The notes under the pieces were generated by a model. It saw only the letters and a program-made list of their open reading frames with translations. It ran no database searches and was not told the origin of the DNA. DNA of 64,000 nt from Lama guanicoe (Eukaryota): assembly GCA_013239625.1 (NCBI GenBank), contig MU054187.1:20897280-20961279 (forward strand), written 5' to 3'. Positions 39,486 through 52,176 of this stretch are shown here, in pieces. Both the position numbers and the translations under genes were made by a program. The first letter of the stretch is position 1; each line of letters starts with the position of its first letter.

Positions 39486-39932
39486 CGAAATAATGTCATT
39501 GGCAGCAACACAGATGGACCTAGAGAGGATCATACCAAGTGAAGTAAGCCAGTCAGAGAAAGACAAATAATATGATATCACTTATATGAGGAATCTAAAA
39601 AAAAGACACAAATAAACTTATTTACAAAACATAAAGAGACTCACAGACATAGAAAACAAACTTATGGTTACCAGAGAGGGAAGGAGGGACGGAGGGACAA
39701 ACTGGGAGTTCGGAATTGGCAGATACAAACTACTATGTACAGAAGAGCTAAGCAAGGTCCTACTGTATAGCACAGCGAACAATATTCAATGACTTGTAGT
39801 AACCTGTAATGAAAAAGAATATGAAAAAGAATATGTATATATGTGTATGTGTAACTGAATCACCATGCTGTACACCAGAAACTAATACAACATTGTAAAT
39901 CAACTATACTTCAGTTAAAAAATGAGGAAAAA
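39486..39932 (+). mobile_element. Younger L1 3' end with TSD
   Basis: TSD AAGAATCTATT(C/T)TG at 39472-39485 and 39933-39946. Confidence 0.92.
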
Positions 39933-42049
39933 AAGAATCTATTTTGAAACATAAGTTATGAGTCCCTCCAAACTCAGCAGTGTCTACTAATTTATTTTTA
40001 CACTTAACTGAATAATTCTCCCCAACACCTGCTTTCTCATAGGAATCAACAAATTCTGAAACATCTAACCATCTTTTAAAAGGTGAAATGCTGATTAGCA
40101 AAGGTAAAACTAGTCCTTTCTATAAGTGCCTCCATGATTTCTCTTTTTCATCCATCATGTCCTCTTGCTTTAAGCACAGGCTGTGACCAGCCAGAGAAGA
40201 TACGAATTACAGAAGCAAAGTTAAAAAAAAAAACTGCCTAAATAGCTCTTCTCTCCAATGTGTAAAGTGTAAGAATTTTACTTAAAAGCATAAAAGGTAA
40301 ACTTGCTTATCAAAGAGGGGCCAGGAAAAGAGGCATGCTGTATGATAATTAGATGGTAAAATATTTAAGATTTTATATGATGGCACCTTAAACTCAGCTT
40401 TGAAATTAATTGAGATATTTTCTTAAGAATAATTACCTCTAAGACTATGGACTCTAGAAAAGATCATAAAGATGCTGTCAAATGTATTTCAGTAAGCAGC
40501 AAATGAACCTCGCTTGCAACCATAAATCATTAATCTTTAATCACCAGCCAATTTCTCAATAAGCTCATTGGCATGGAAACGCTAAGATACTCAAAGGATA
40601 GTTCTCGCCGATCTGGATCTGGCATGCATGGTTGGCTTGTGGGTTTAATTACTGTTTATGCATTGGTAGGATCCAGGCTTTTGTATGTAATAAATAGAGT
40701 GCTGTCATAGTGTCCAGATGGCTTTAGATGCAAGGCCCAGGGAGCATGTTTGGAGATTATAGGACTGATTCACTCTCTGTTTGCACCAGTTCAATTGTAA
40801 AAATCATGCTAATAGTAGGCATATCAAGAATTCTGCATTATGGAAATAAATGCAGTGCTATATTGGTTACTTTGAAAGACATTTAAATATGACTTTACCT
40901 TATCATCAGAAAATTTAAAGAAGTTTTGAAGCTAAGTTAATGTCTTTGCTTAATATTATGTTCTTTTATTTTTCAATAAGATAGAAAAGACCTACCTAGG
41001 GTCCAATCACTAACCCCATAAAATGGGTTTTTTTAAAATAAATGAATATATGAACAGACATTTTCTAATAAGATCTCAAAACAATCCTTTTATGAATTAA
41101 AAAATTCTCACTAGTCAGAGTTCTTTGTAATAAGTTGTAGGAGTAATAAAGTATATCCACTGAATCATAATTTCTCCCACTCTTTTTGACTTAATTTCAC
41201 ATTATAATATTTTTAATGACAGGACTATAAAATAAAAGTGAATTAGACAAAATATTTACCTATTGATAATTATTTTATTTTCCTCGTGTGAATTATTTCT
41301 GTTCTTGGAAAATTCAGATTCAGGTTGTTAAATTCAAGTTTTGCTGAAATAGAACATTTTCAATATATGGATAATCCAAAACCCTTCAGTATCATTCTAA
41401 CTGGTTTGAATCATGGGCTTTGCAGCCAGTTTTAGGAACAGGAGGAGAAAAATATTTTTTTTAAGCCTAATCCTCTTTTAAATAACTGGTTTGAGGACTA
41501 AAATTAGAACAAGCTGAAAAAAAAAAGAGGATATTCTATATTCAATTTCAAAATCTAGAAGAACATTTCTATTCAGGAGTCTGGAATTTAGAATTTATAG
41601 GTGTTTGCTGAAAAAACATCTATAAGGAAGAAAATATCCTAAAACTGGCCTTTGACAGAATTTGTGAGTTGATAAGATCTATTATGCCTTCTGGGAAGGG
41701 ATTACAATTCCTGATAAAATGCCTTAGTAGTTTTATAAAAGACACCAATCATTTCAGAGTCACTTTGAAAAACATACCCATTTGTATGTCATACTTCAGA
41801 GGAGCCTAACCAGACTTATAAAGAGATTGTGATCTTTAAGGAAAAATACAGTTTAACAACGATCATCTAGCTATTCCATTTTCCCTACAAAATGTCTTCA
41901 AACTTATGATTTAGTGGGTTTAAAATACAATTTTAACAGTATTCTTAACTGTTTGTTTAAGAAACTGTATAAACACCTACCAGGACTTAAGGACCCATGA
42001 AAACCTAACAGAAGTAACACAGTTGCATAAAAAATAACAAAAACAAAAC

Positions 42050-42545
42050 AGTAAACAGACCCATACACATATGGCCATTTAATTTATGACAAAGGCAACC
42101 CTGTGGTATACTGGGTAAAGCATGTTCTTTTTACTAACCAAGTCAAATTAACTGTATAACCACAAGGAAAACAATTAATCTTGATCCCTACCTCACACCA
42201 TACATAAAAATCAACTCCTATGACTAACTAATCCATTCCTGGGCATGTACTCAACATAAATGTGCTAATATAGTTACCAAAAGTTTGAAAAAGAGTGTTC
42301 ATAGGGGCATTCTTTGCAATGGCCCCAAACTGTAAACAACTCCAAGTCTATAAACAGTAGAAAAGGTAAATAAATTAAATATACTGATCTAATGATTATG
42401 ATACAGCAACAAAAACAAACACCTTGCAAATACAAAGTATTCAAATAAATTTCACAAATATAATGTTAAGCATAGTCAATAAAATGTATCTACAATATGA
42501 TTCAATTATATAAAGTTAAAAAACAAGCAAAACAAATCTACTGTG
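42050..42545 (+). mobile_element. Old L1ME-like fragment
   Basis: ACAGACCCATACACATATGG..TTTATGACAAAGG and TTGATCCCTACCTCACACCATACATAAAAATCAACTC. Confidence 0.75.
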
Positions 42546-42664
42546 CCCTAAACCCTGAATTTAAAAATCACTTCCGAATAAAACATCACTTAAGTGCCAA
42601 CAGTAAACAATGAATTAGGAAAATATATTTTAACCCTGGTATTTAAATTTACATATAAGAATAA

Positions 42665-42830
42665 TATAGATAACCCTAAGTGTTATTAGTCTCACTTTAT
42701 AAATAAGGAACCTAAGACATAGAGGTTAAAACCATGTATAAGATCAACAGAACATGGGAAAGGCTGAATTTAAGACCAGTAATGTCTGATTTCAGAGCCC
42801 ACGCTCTTAACCAACATGTTATACTGCCCA
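42665..42830 (-). mobile_element. MIR SINE
   Basis: ATAAGGAACCTAAGACATAGAGGTTAA...TGTCTGATTTCAGAGCCCACGCTCTTAACC. Confidence 0.75.
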
Positions 42831-43956
42831 TAATAAAATCAAAACACCCCACAGAAAAGATCCACATGTTACAGAGAGTTTGAGCATAAAAACATAATTT
42901 CTTATCCGTTCATTAAATGGTTGCTAAAACCCAGGACCACAGAGGAATTTTATGTATCTTAGTATAGCAGGGGAAAAATACCCTTTCCTTTAAAAGCTCA
43001 AAAAGTGACGTAGAAAACATGTTGCAAATATGCTTTTGGAAAGTCCATACTTGAGGCAGTTTGTCTGGAAAAGGGAACTCTGGTTCTAGGATTGAATGAC
43101 TTAAAAGCTTTCAACAAACTTTAAACTTCAAAAAACAGTCATCCTTCAAGTTAAGAAAATTAAAAAACATACAAAAGTACAGTTGAGTGAAGCCCACAAA
43201 ATAAACTGATCCCCAGAAGCCACACATTTTCATTTGTATCTATGTTGCCATGTTTTTCCTCTGGCTGTGACGACTTCAACTGGTAGTGTCACCACCATCC
43301 TCTCTAACCTAAGCTCATTCATCAGTTAGTATGTATTCAAATTTCAATGTAGCAAGATCAAGACCATGCAATGTGGATCTAGATGTATATGTAGATATAT
43401 TACATACATGTAATATATATGTAATAAATTTTCCTATGCTCAAGATGCTCTCAGTCTATAAAACCAAATTCATCTTTAAGTAATAACTTCAGTGCAGAGA
43501 ATTCATTTTTATTTTGATATAGCAAAGGAAAGATGGCATCCCCCATTTCTCTTCTTAGAAACAACCTAAAAATGATTAGAAGAGGAAGGATGAAAAACCC
43601 AAATATCATCTTCTATGAAATTAAGAGATACCTATATGCCCAGACTACAATAGCAATCAAAATTGAAAAGAAATATTGTAAGACTTTGAGAGAGAATGCT
43701 CATTGCCACTGACATCAGACATTGCTGGTAGAGAATTCTACTCTGAGGAAAGTGATTCACACCTAAAAACAAAAGACTTTTTGTTTGGAACTCGGAACAT
43801 TATTGCAGGGTGCTGCTGTAAGAACTTTCCTGAACCAACAGTCACATTTGCAGAAAAAGGTTCGCAGATGAGGCGTGGTGAAGAAGACTGGACTGTGAGC
43901 ACATCTGTGGCTTCCAAGTTCTGTTCTCTGTTGCATGAAGAGGCATAAAATCTAAA

Positions 43957-43960
<4 letters not shown>

Positions 43961-44018
<58 letters not shown>
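43961..44018. repeat. Compound microsatellite (CT)13(CA)16
   Basis: Seen directly in the sequence. Confidence 0.95.
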
Positions 44019-44021
<3 letters not shown>

Positions 44022-44275
44022 GTGTCACAGCGAATTCCTACCAGGCAAAACTTAAGCTCTACTCCCTTCTTGATATATCAACATCTTGGTCCAAAAAGAC
44101 TACATCTCATAGAAAGGTAAGTAGTAATCACAAATAAACCAAAGGGAGTATAAGATGTTCCCTGAAAAAGGAGAAAAGGAACAGGAAAGGCAGATGCCAA
44201 GTAAACAACATTGGCCAGAAAAATTTCTTCACACTGTAAATGCTATAAATGAAAAGTGAAATGTTCATGAATGAC

Positions 44276-44320
44276 ATGAAATGAAATGAAATGAAATGAA
44301 ATGAAATGAAATGAAATGAA
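44276..44320. repeat. (ATGAA)9 pentanucleotide repeat, (TTTCA)n on the minus strand
   Basis: Seen directly in the sequence. Confidence 0.95.
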
Positions 44321-44479
44321 ACGCTCATACATGTAATTATAAACACACAATAATGCAAAAATTGCATGCATAAAATACAAGACCAAAGCACAGATATAAG
44401 AAGTCAGGGATAATATGATAAGATAACAGAAATAATTAAACCATGAGCTGGTAGAACTCAGGAGAAATGGAAATTTAAA

Positions 44480-45170
44480 AATTAAGCAAGTGGATATGAC
44501 AAATGCTATAAACTATTTGACATTGGCTAGGATGACAGGGTAAGTCTTCAAAGAAGAGAAAAAATTAATATAGATCTTAAGGGATGAATGGAATTGAGGT
44601 CAATCAGAGGAAGAAAAGAAGCCCAGTCAAATCAACATGTACAAAGACTGAGTGTGTTTTCAGGGAACTAAAAATGGGTTCCCTATATCTGAATACAGGA
44701 GAGGAGAGAGAGAAATGGTGGATGGGACTGGAATTGTAGGTAAATGCCAAATATTGATGAGTATTTTATGCCATGTTAACAAATGTAACCTCATGTTATT
44801 AGTGAAGAGGCTCTGCTAATGCTTTAAGTCAGAGGTTTGACATTACTATTTGCATTTTAGAAAGCTCATTGTGTCAACAGTGAGGGAGGAGGCTTGATTG
44901 GGCTGAAAACAGGGGGCGCACACAAAGCTGTGAGAATAATGGTCATTCCTTTCAATAATCCAGATAAAGTACAATGTCATAACCATAGATATTGACTATA
45001 GGGATAGAAAATTCTGGGGAAAAATAAGAAACATTTAATAAGAAATAGCCACACAACGGCTTGGTCAATTGAATATGGTAGGAAAGGAAAAGGGCTTAAG
45101 AATGACTCCATGTTTCTGAAATGCTTGACTGGTTGGATGGTATCATAGCAATCAGGATAGAAATCCTGCA
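44480..45170 (-). mobile_element. Diverged L2 fragment
   Basis: TTTGCATTTTAGAAAGCTCATT and AAGAATGACTCCATGTTTCTG...GACTGGTTGGATGGTATC. Confidence 0.6.
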
Positions 45171-45859
45171 GGACATTATATTATAGTAAAGAGTATAGTG
45201 TAGAGTATATTATAATAAATCAAATAATACAAATTATTAAGCTCTAATCAAAAATGATAAAGTACCAAAAGCTGAATACCAGAAAGATAACAGCGAATTG
45301 TGGCTGTGGTTAAACTAAGAATAATCCATATGTTTTCACATCAGATTTCATAAGGAATTTTTAGCTAGCATGGTTTTAAGTCTTGAAGTATTAAACATCA
45401 TGAATTGTGTCTCTCAGTAGCACAAAATGCTTGGAGGAGAATTTGCACAGAAATTAGATAATTTTGAAAAGTCAGTCTTTAAGGAAATCAACCTAAATTA
45501 TTGAAATCATGTTACAGGCTTGGTTAAGAAACATAAGTACTTTCTACTTAAGAAAAACATTACCTTTCCTTTTTTTCCCCTAAAGTAATGTGTCCTTTGT
45601 AACTTTATAATATCAACAATCCCAGATAACAACAAATGTTTTTCTATTTCATTTCAATCTTTCCATTGAACTTTTACTTTCACGTTGACTAATATGATGA
45701 ATGTAAGGTAGAGTTTGTGTTGTGGTATATAAATGTAAGGATTCCTACAACACCATTGAACAAAATACTGTAAAATGTTAGCACCAAGCAAAGAAGGTGA
45801 TATTTTAACATTGTAGAGGAAGTAAAGTGGGACATTCTGATGACCAGCAACCATTATGA

Positions 45860-46005
45860 TGCTCTCCTTATTTGTACAGAAGCCTTTCTGCCAGTTTCCA
45901 GTTAGTTTTCAGAGAGAATTGTTCCACATGTGGATGTATTTTTGATATGTTGGTGGGGGTAAGTGAGTTTCAAGTCCTCTTACTCCTCCATCTCAATTGA
46001 TCTCT
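45860..46005 (-). mobile_element. Isolated L1 5'-end (5' UTR) fragment
   Basis: Minus strand GAGATGGAGGAGTAAGAGGAC...ATCAAAAATACATCCACATGTGGAACAATTCTC..GAAAACTAACTGGAAACTGGCAGAA resembles laurasiatherian L1 5' termini. Confidence 0.55.
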
Positions 46006-46589
46006 TCAAATTACTTTGAAGTATAAGTTTGCAGAAAATTTGTCATCACATGCAAGGTCTCAAGGAATGTTTTCCCCATGAGTATTCACTTAAAATCTAC
46101 TAAATCTATCACACAAGAATCTGCTTCAGACAACCAAAATGACCACAAAAACTTTGACATAATGACTAATGGTGAGGATACAGATATAGTGATTTACCTA
46201 TAAAATCAAAATTAATAGAGGCTTATACCAGCTACATGTTTTGATGACGAATACAATAAAATTCTGAATAAATAGTAAAGAATGAGTAGAACACTTGCAA
46301 AAATGACTTTTTTAAACTAAATTGGTGCTAATGTTAGTATTATTAATCAAAATATGCTTTGTATATAATGGAGCATAAAATAAACAATCCCAATTTTATC
46401 ATCCCCAGTATCCTTGCAATGCAAGACATTCAATGTGGGGAGAGGAGACATGCATGTAAAAAAAGTATAGATTAAGTTTTACTGACTATCAGTAGGAATT
46501 CCATATCAAATCAAAAGATAATTGATTTTTAAAATATCTATAGATCTATGTCTTTGTCTACATACATGTTTCTATTTATGTAGGTAGAT

Positions 46590-46800
46590 GATAAATGGAT
46601 TATAAATAGATGATGTAGATAGATAGAAAACATATATATTTTCTAGCTATGTCACTGGAAATTTTTAGAAACAATGATCAAACCATTAGGAATGAGACTC
46701 CTTTGCTCAAACTGTGACCTCTCCTACCATCTCCCACTAAAAGGAACGAGGGCTCCTGGGATAATTGGCTGATTCCAGGTCTGAGGTAGGAAACGTACAG
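46590..46800 (+). mobile_element. L1MC-like 3' UTR fragment
   Basis: CCCACTAAAAGGAACGAGGGCTCCTGGGA..ATTGGCTGATTCCAGG. Confidence 0.7.
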
Positions 46801-46809
46801 TGTGAGTTT

Positions 46810-47510
46810 TGCCTATGAGGTTGCAGAGAAGGTGGTTCTGATAGCAAGACTTTTCAGCAGAGATATAATTGATGAGGGAAAGAAAATGCTTGGCTTCTGG
46901 GAAAGAAATTCTAGACAGAGGAACAGCAAGTGCAAAGTCCATAGGTGGGATTGTTTGCTATACTGAGAAAGAGTTAGGAGGTCTTTGTGGCTGTGGCTCA
47001 CCAAATGAGGGTAACAGTGGTAGGAGATGAGGGCTGGTATGGAGATGGGCCAAATCATGAATGGCTTTATAGACTATTTCAAACAGTTTGGTTTTTCTCT
47101 GAAAGAAACAGTTCACAGAGTTATTTTGAGTAGAGAATTAACATGATCTGACTTTCCGTTTTAACAGGGTCACTAAGGCTGCCATGTTGCATTATATTAT
47201 TGGGGGAAGAGGAAAAGCAAAAGCAGAGAGAGCGGTGGGAGCTACCGCAGTAACCTAGGCAAGACGTGATGGAGGTGTGGACCAGCATGAGAGAGAAAGT
47301 AGTGAGGAGAAGTGGAAGAATTCCAAATATGTCTTGAATGTCAGGTAGGTGGGGTTTTATGACGATGTAGGGTGTCAAAGAAAGAGAAAATTAAATACCA
47401 ACCCAAGGTCCTAGACCTGAGTAACTATAAAAATGGAGATGGCAATTCCTGGAACAATGAAGACCGAGATGAGAAGGTTATGTGAGGAAGTAAATCAAAT
47501 GTTAAATTTG
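46810..47510 (-). mobile_element. L2 fragment
   Basis: GAGGAACAGCAAGTGCAAAG, ACATGATCTGACTT..GTTTTAACAGGGTCACT, CCTGAGTAACT..AAAATGGAG. Confidence 0.8.
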
Positions 47511-48829
47511 AGTAATTGTTCACCATTATTAAACTTATATTAAAACATTTGTATTAAAATATTTCTTTTTTTCCTACTGTTATTTTCACTAAAAATTTTA
47601 GTTAGTCTTTGCAAATACAGCTTTAATGCCACAGGCTTTGTCATAATAAGGGCAATTTTTTGAGCCATCTAACACATTTTTAGAGATTATGTCATCTTCA
47701 CGTCTATCTGAGTTGTGAGAATAAATAACACCATTTCAAGTTAGGACTGATATTGTCCCTGAAGATTTGATCATATATATATAGAAGACTTTTTTTGAAA
47801 TATTTGTCTTATAAGTGTGAATATGTAATCTTAAAATATAAACCACTCATTATACCATGATAAGTCCTAATACAGTTCTATAAAGAACTGTTCTTTAAAG
47901 AACAAAATTAAAATACCATGCACCTATTTGCAATGCAGATATTAACACTTCAGAAAAAAGTATTCAAACTTGTTAAATGTTTTTGGTTTCTTTCCTAATT
48001 GCAACTGATGATCTCATTCAAAATGAACACTGGGTTTGACTGAGATCATTTTAAAAGACTGTGTCTTACCTAAATAGTATCCTCATGTTTAAAATAAAGT
48101 AATTGTGAAAGTACCTTTTAATATGAAAGGCATTGTGTGAACAAGCAAAAGAAGTAACAATCGGGGTTTTTTGGGGGGCATGGAGAAAATTAAAACAAAC
48201 AAGTAAAATACATTCAGGAATAAGTAGTTATATCACGGACCCAGATTTTTAAAAATCCTTCTTTGTATTGTTCAATCTGTGCAAATACATTGCACTTTTA
48301 TTGGTTTGTCATTCTAATATTTAAACATTTTTATTCAATTCTAGAACTTCTGGGAGTAAACTACATTTAAGTTGCATCTTTACAACGAACCAAAGAAGAA
48401 ACTTAAAATTATCAAACCTATGCAAGTCAGTAACATTTTCTTAACAAAGTAGCATCATCAAAAAACATTCAGTGCAAGTTTAAAGATAGTTATGGTCCAC
48501 AAGTTAATAAAGATGATTAGTCTGGTAACTTTCAATTCCTGCTAAGTTATATTTTGAGGAGTTGCTTGATAAAGTTTGTTACCAAATTTCACTTGTTGCC
48601 AGTATACAGGGGACAAAATAAAGCCTTCTTTAAGAATTAAGAAGGAATTATTGCACCATGGTTTTTAAAGCAACTGATATCAGTCTTGGAGAGTTAAAGT
48701 TGAGATTAACTCATAATGGTCCAAAGAAGAGTTGTACAAAGTCTCCCTGTAAAACAGTACTCTGAAGTCAAGACATTCTTGACAAAATTGGATGTACTCA
48801 TATAAAGAAAGAATGTGGCAAACAGAAAG

Positions 48830-48960
48830 CAATTGGAAATGTTAGGTATCTTGACTGTGGTGGTGGTTTCATAGGTGTACACATTGATCAAAATTCATTA
48901 AATTGTACATCTGCAATACATAGTTTACTGTACAAATTACATCACAATAAAGTTATTTAA
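48830..48960 (+). mobile_element. Old L1 3' terminus
   Basis: TATCTTGACTGTGGTGGTGGTTTCATAGGTGTAC...AAATTACATCACAATAAAGTT. Confidence 0.75.
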
Positions 48961-49582
48961 AATTTTACTTAAAAAAGAAAGTAATTAGTAACCTTAGGAA
49001 AACTAGAGAAACAATAGCAGTAGAGGCACTGGTACACCCATATGTCCAGGGATAAAAGCATTTTTTACCTAAGGGATTTCAGGTATTTTGGTCCCACTGG
49101 TACAACCGTTCCCACTCAAGATGAACACAAAAGTTTGTCTTTTTCAATTTCTCTAACCCCATTCATTCTGATTACATGTTTTTCAAGAGAACTTCTAACT
49201 ACACCTTCTTATGGGAGAGAATAACCTAATTCTATCAAATAATATTGAAATAACTCAATTTAAAACCTTTTAAAAACAGATTTTTATTTCACGTCACTCC
49301 ATATCATTTTCCATTTCTTTGCTCCCTTCTACATCATTCTTCCAAAGACTCATCTGTTGTCTCTCTTGATAATTCCTCTTGGCCTAATTGCTTTTGGATC
49401 TTCACAAACCACTGAGAGAACTCCTGTGAAAGTCGTCACTGCGATGCCAATGCCAAGGGTCTTATTACTTCTTACTGTACTCTTATTAAAATCAACAGAT
49501 TTTTAAATTACTACTAACTTTTCATAATATACAAAAGTAGAAAGACTAATATAATGAAACCTCAGGTAGCCTTCACATATTC

Positions 49583-50415
49583 TTTTTTAAACATACTGTT
49601 TGGTTTGTTTTGTAGTAAGAACACTTAACATGAAATCTACTCTCTTAAATTTTTAGGAGCACAATACAGTATTGCTCACTATAGGATAATGTTGTATATC
49701 CAATCTCTAGAACTTATTAATCTTGCATAACTGAAGCTTATTAAAAAATACTTTATTTATTTATTATTGTATTATTTAATTATTTTATTTTGGTGGTGGG
49801 GGGAGGCAATTAGGTTTATTTATTTTTAGGGGAGGTACTGGGCATTGAACCTAGGACCTCATCATGCTAAGCATGTGCTCTACCATTTGAGGTATACCCT
49901 CCCCCATAACTGAAACTTTATACTATTAAACAGCAACTGTTCATCCCCGTCTCTCCTCAGTCTCTGGGGACCACCATTCTATTCTCTGTTCCCTATGAGT
50001 CTGACTTTTTCAGATACCTCTTAGAAGTGTAATCATGCAGTATTTATCCTTCTGTTAGTTGTACACTTTTTGGTGGGAATGTAAAATGGTGCAGCTGCTA
50101 TGAAAAACAGTATGGAGTTTTTGAAATTCAGAAAAATAAAAGATAGAATTTCCGTATGATCCAGCAGTCCCAGTTCTCAATATATATCCAAAGAGGGTAA
50201 AAATCAAGAACTTAAAGAGTTAATCTGCACTCCCACGTTCACTGCAGTCTTTTCACAATAGCCAAGATATGGAAACCACCTAAATGTCCACTGCTGGATG
50301 GCTGAATAAAGAAAATGTGATTTATACATACAGGGGAATACTATTCAGTCTTTAAAAAGAGGGAAATCCTGCCATATGCCACAAACATGGACGAACGTGG
50401 AATACATAATGCTAA
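49583..50415 (-). mobile_element. L1MA9-like insertion with 5' inversion
   Basis: 3' end on minus to about 50055, upstream part on plus at 50059-50415; degenerate TSD GCCTTCACATATTC (49569) and GCCCTTAGATATTC (50416). Confidence 0.8.
49741..49905 (-). mobile_element. Vic-1-type SINE with TSD
   Basis: tRNA-Ala-like head, CCTAATTGCCTCCCC tail domain, A-rich tail; TSD ATAACTGAA(G/A)CTT at 49727 and 49906. Confidence 0.92.
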
Positions 50416-51411
50416 GCCCTTAGATATTCAAACAATGCCCCTCACTTGTCACTCAAATTCAACCTCTGTCAAGATTTTGTGATTTTTTTTTCTTTTTTCA
50501 TTTGCTAAAGCTCATGAAGCTGAAATATATTAAAGCAAATTCACAAATTTATCACTGTCTACTTCCATACGCAATCCTAAAAAAAATAAATTTTCCTGCC
50601 TAAACCCCCAATACATTATCACATCTAACAGAAGAAACAGTAACAAAATTAACAATAAAATAAAATAATATACAGTCCATAACCAACTGTCCTCAATCAT
50701 CTCAAAGAAATGTATTTGTATAATTGTTTTATTCTAAGTAGGATCCAGACAAGATCTACACACTAAATTTGGTTTTTAAGGGTTTTTTTTTTTTCTCTTT
50801 TAAAAAAAGCAGCTCTCTCCTGGGTGGTGGTTTGTTTTTTCCCTTAAGTGGTATTAAAATTGTTTCTGGTCATGCATTTTATGTTTTCTTCCCAGAGCAT
50901 TTTTGGAATGGATTCCTAGATGTGACTTAGTCAAGGATAAATGCATACATTATTTTTCCAATTATGACTCAATTTCTCTCCATTGGAGTTTGAACCATTT
51001 TCATTCCCACCAGCAATCTATAAGTGATGTTTATTCGCAGCTTCCCCATCAGAGAATGTTGTCAAAATTTTGTATGCTTACCAGCCTGATAGATAATAAG
51101 TGGTTATCTCAGTGTACTTTGAACTTTAATTTCTTTTGAGTATTATTATCTTATTTTCATGTGCTGAAAGGCCATTTTTATTTCTTCTTCTGACTACCCT
51201 TGACGCCAGCAGCTTTCAAAAGATTAGATCATTACCTCCTTGATAAAATAATTTTCTTCTCTGGATTTCCAAGACACACCACTCCCCTTGCTTATATTCT
51301 CCGTCACTGCACTTTCCTCTCACTCTTATGCAAGATTAATCTCCTCTTCTCAACCTCTAAGTATCAGCTGGCTCCAGGGCTCAGTCTTTGAACCTCTTCT
51401 CCCCATCTACA

Positions 51412-51720
51412 CAGTCAGCTAGCTCTCCACATCCCCAGATTCTGTATCTGCAGATTCAACCAACTGTGATGGAAAATATTACCCCCAAAATTCCAGAAAG
51501 TTCCAGAAAGCACAACTTGAATTTGCCACACACTGACAACTATTTACATAGCATTTGTAATGTATTGGGTATTATAAGTGACCAAGAGTTCCTTTAAAGT
51601 ATATAAGAGGATGTGCATAGGTTATATGCAAATACTATGCCATTTTATCTAAGGGACTTAAGCATCTGTGGATTTGGGTGTCTGCGAGGGGTCCTGGAAT
51701 CCTCCACAAATACTGGGGTT
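51412..51720 (+). mobile_element. Tigger3a-like TcMar DNA transposon
   Basis: GCAGATTCAACCAAC, AACTTGAATTTGCC, GGATGTGCATAGGTTATATGCAAATACTATGCCATTTTAT, GGGGTCCTGGAA. Confidence 0.85.
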
Positions 51721-52176
51721 CTATCTTAAAACACCACCTACACACTGATAGCATTACCTAAGTTTATCTCTTTAGTCCTTAACTTTACCATCAATTATAG
51801 AAAAATATGCAATTGGATATTTGATACATTCACTTTAATATCAAACCATATTTTTTTTATCATCCCCACACTCTAAAGTTTATCTTCCCTAAAATCCCCC
51901 TTTACTGCCTCTTTTCCTATAATTGCTCAAGTCAACCGTTTAGAGTCATCAGGACTCCTCTCTTTCTCTCAAACCCCTCCCCTAATCCAGAAATACATTG
52001 GTCATCTTTACCAAAACCCGACCATTTTACCACCATCTACACCATTAGAGTTTTAGGGTAAAACAACATCATTACTCTCTTGAATTTTTGGATAGCCCTC
52101 CCACTGGTCTCCCAGCTTTCACCTTGTCTTTCTACATACAGCAACCAAAATGATGCTTTCCCAATAAATCAGATCC

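Larger units (their letters stand above)
49500..51195 (-). mobile_element. Old L1MC-like 3' region, split by the insertion at 49583-50415
   Basis: TACAAAAGTAGAAAGACTAATATAATGAAAC continues after 50430 to AGGATCCAGACAAG and CATTCCCACCAGCAA. Confidence 0.6.
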
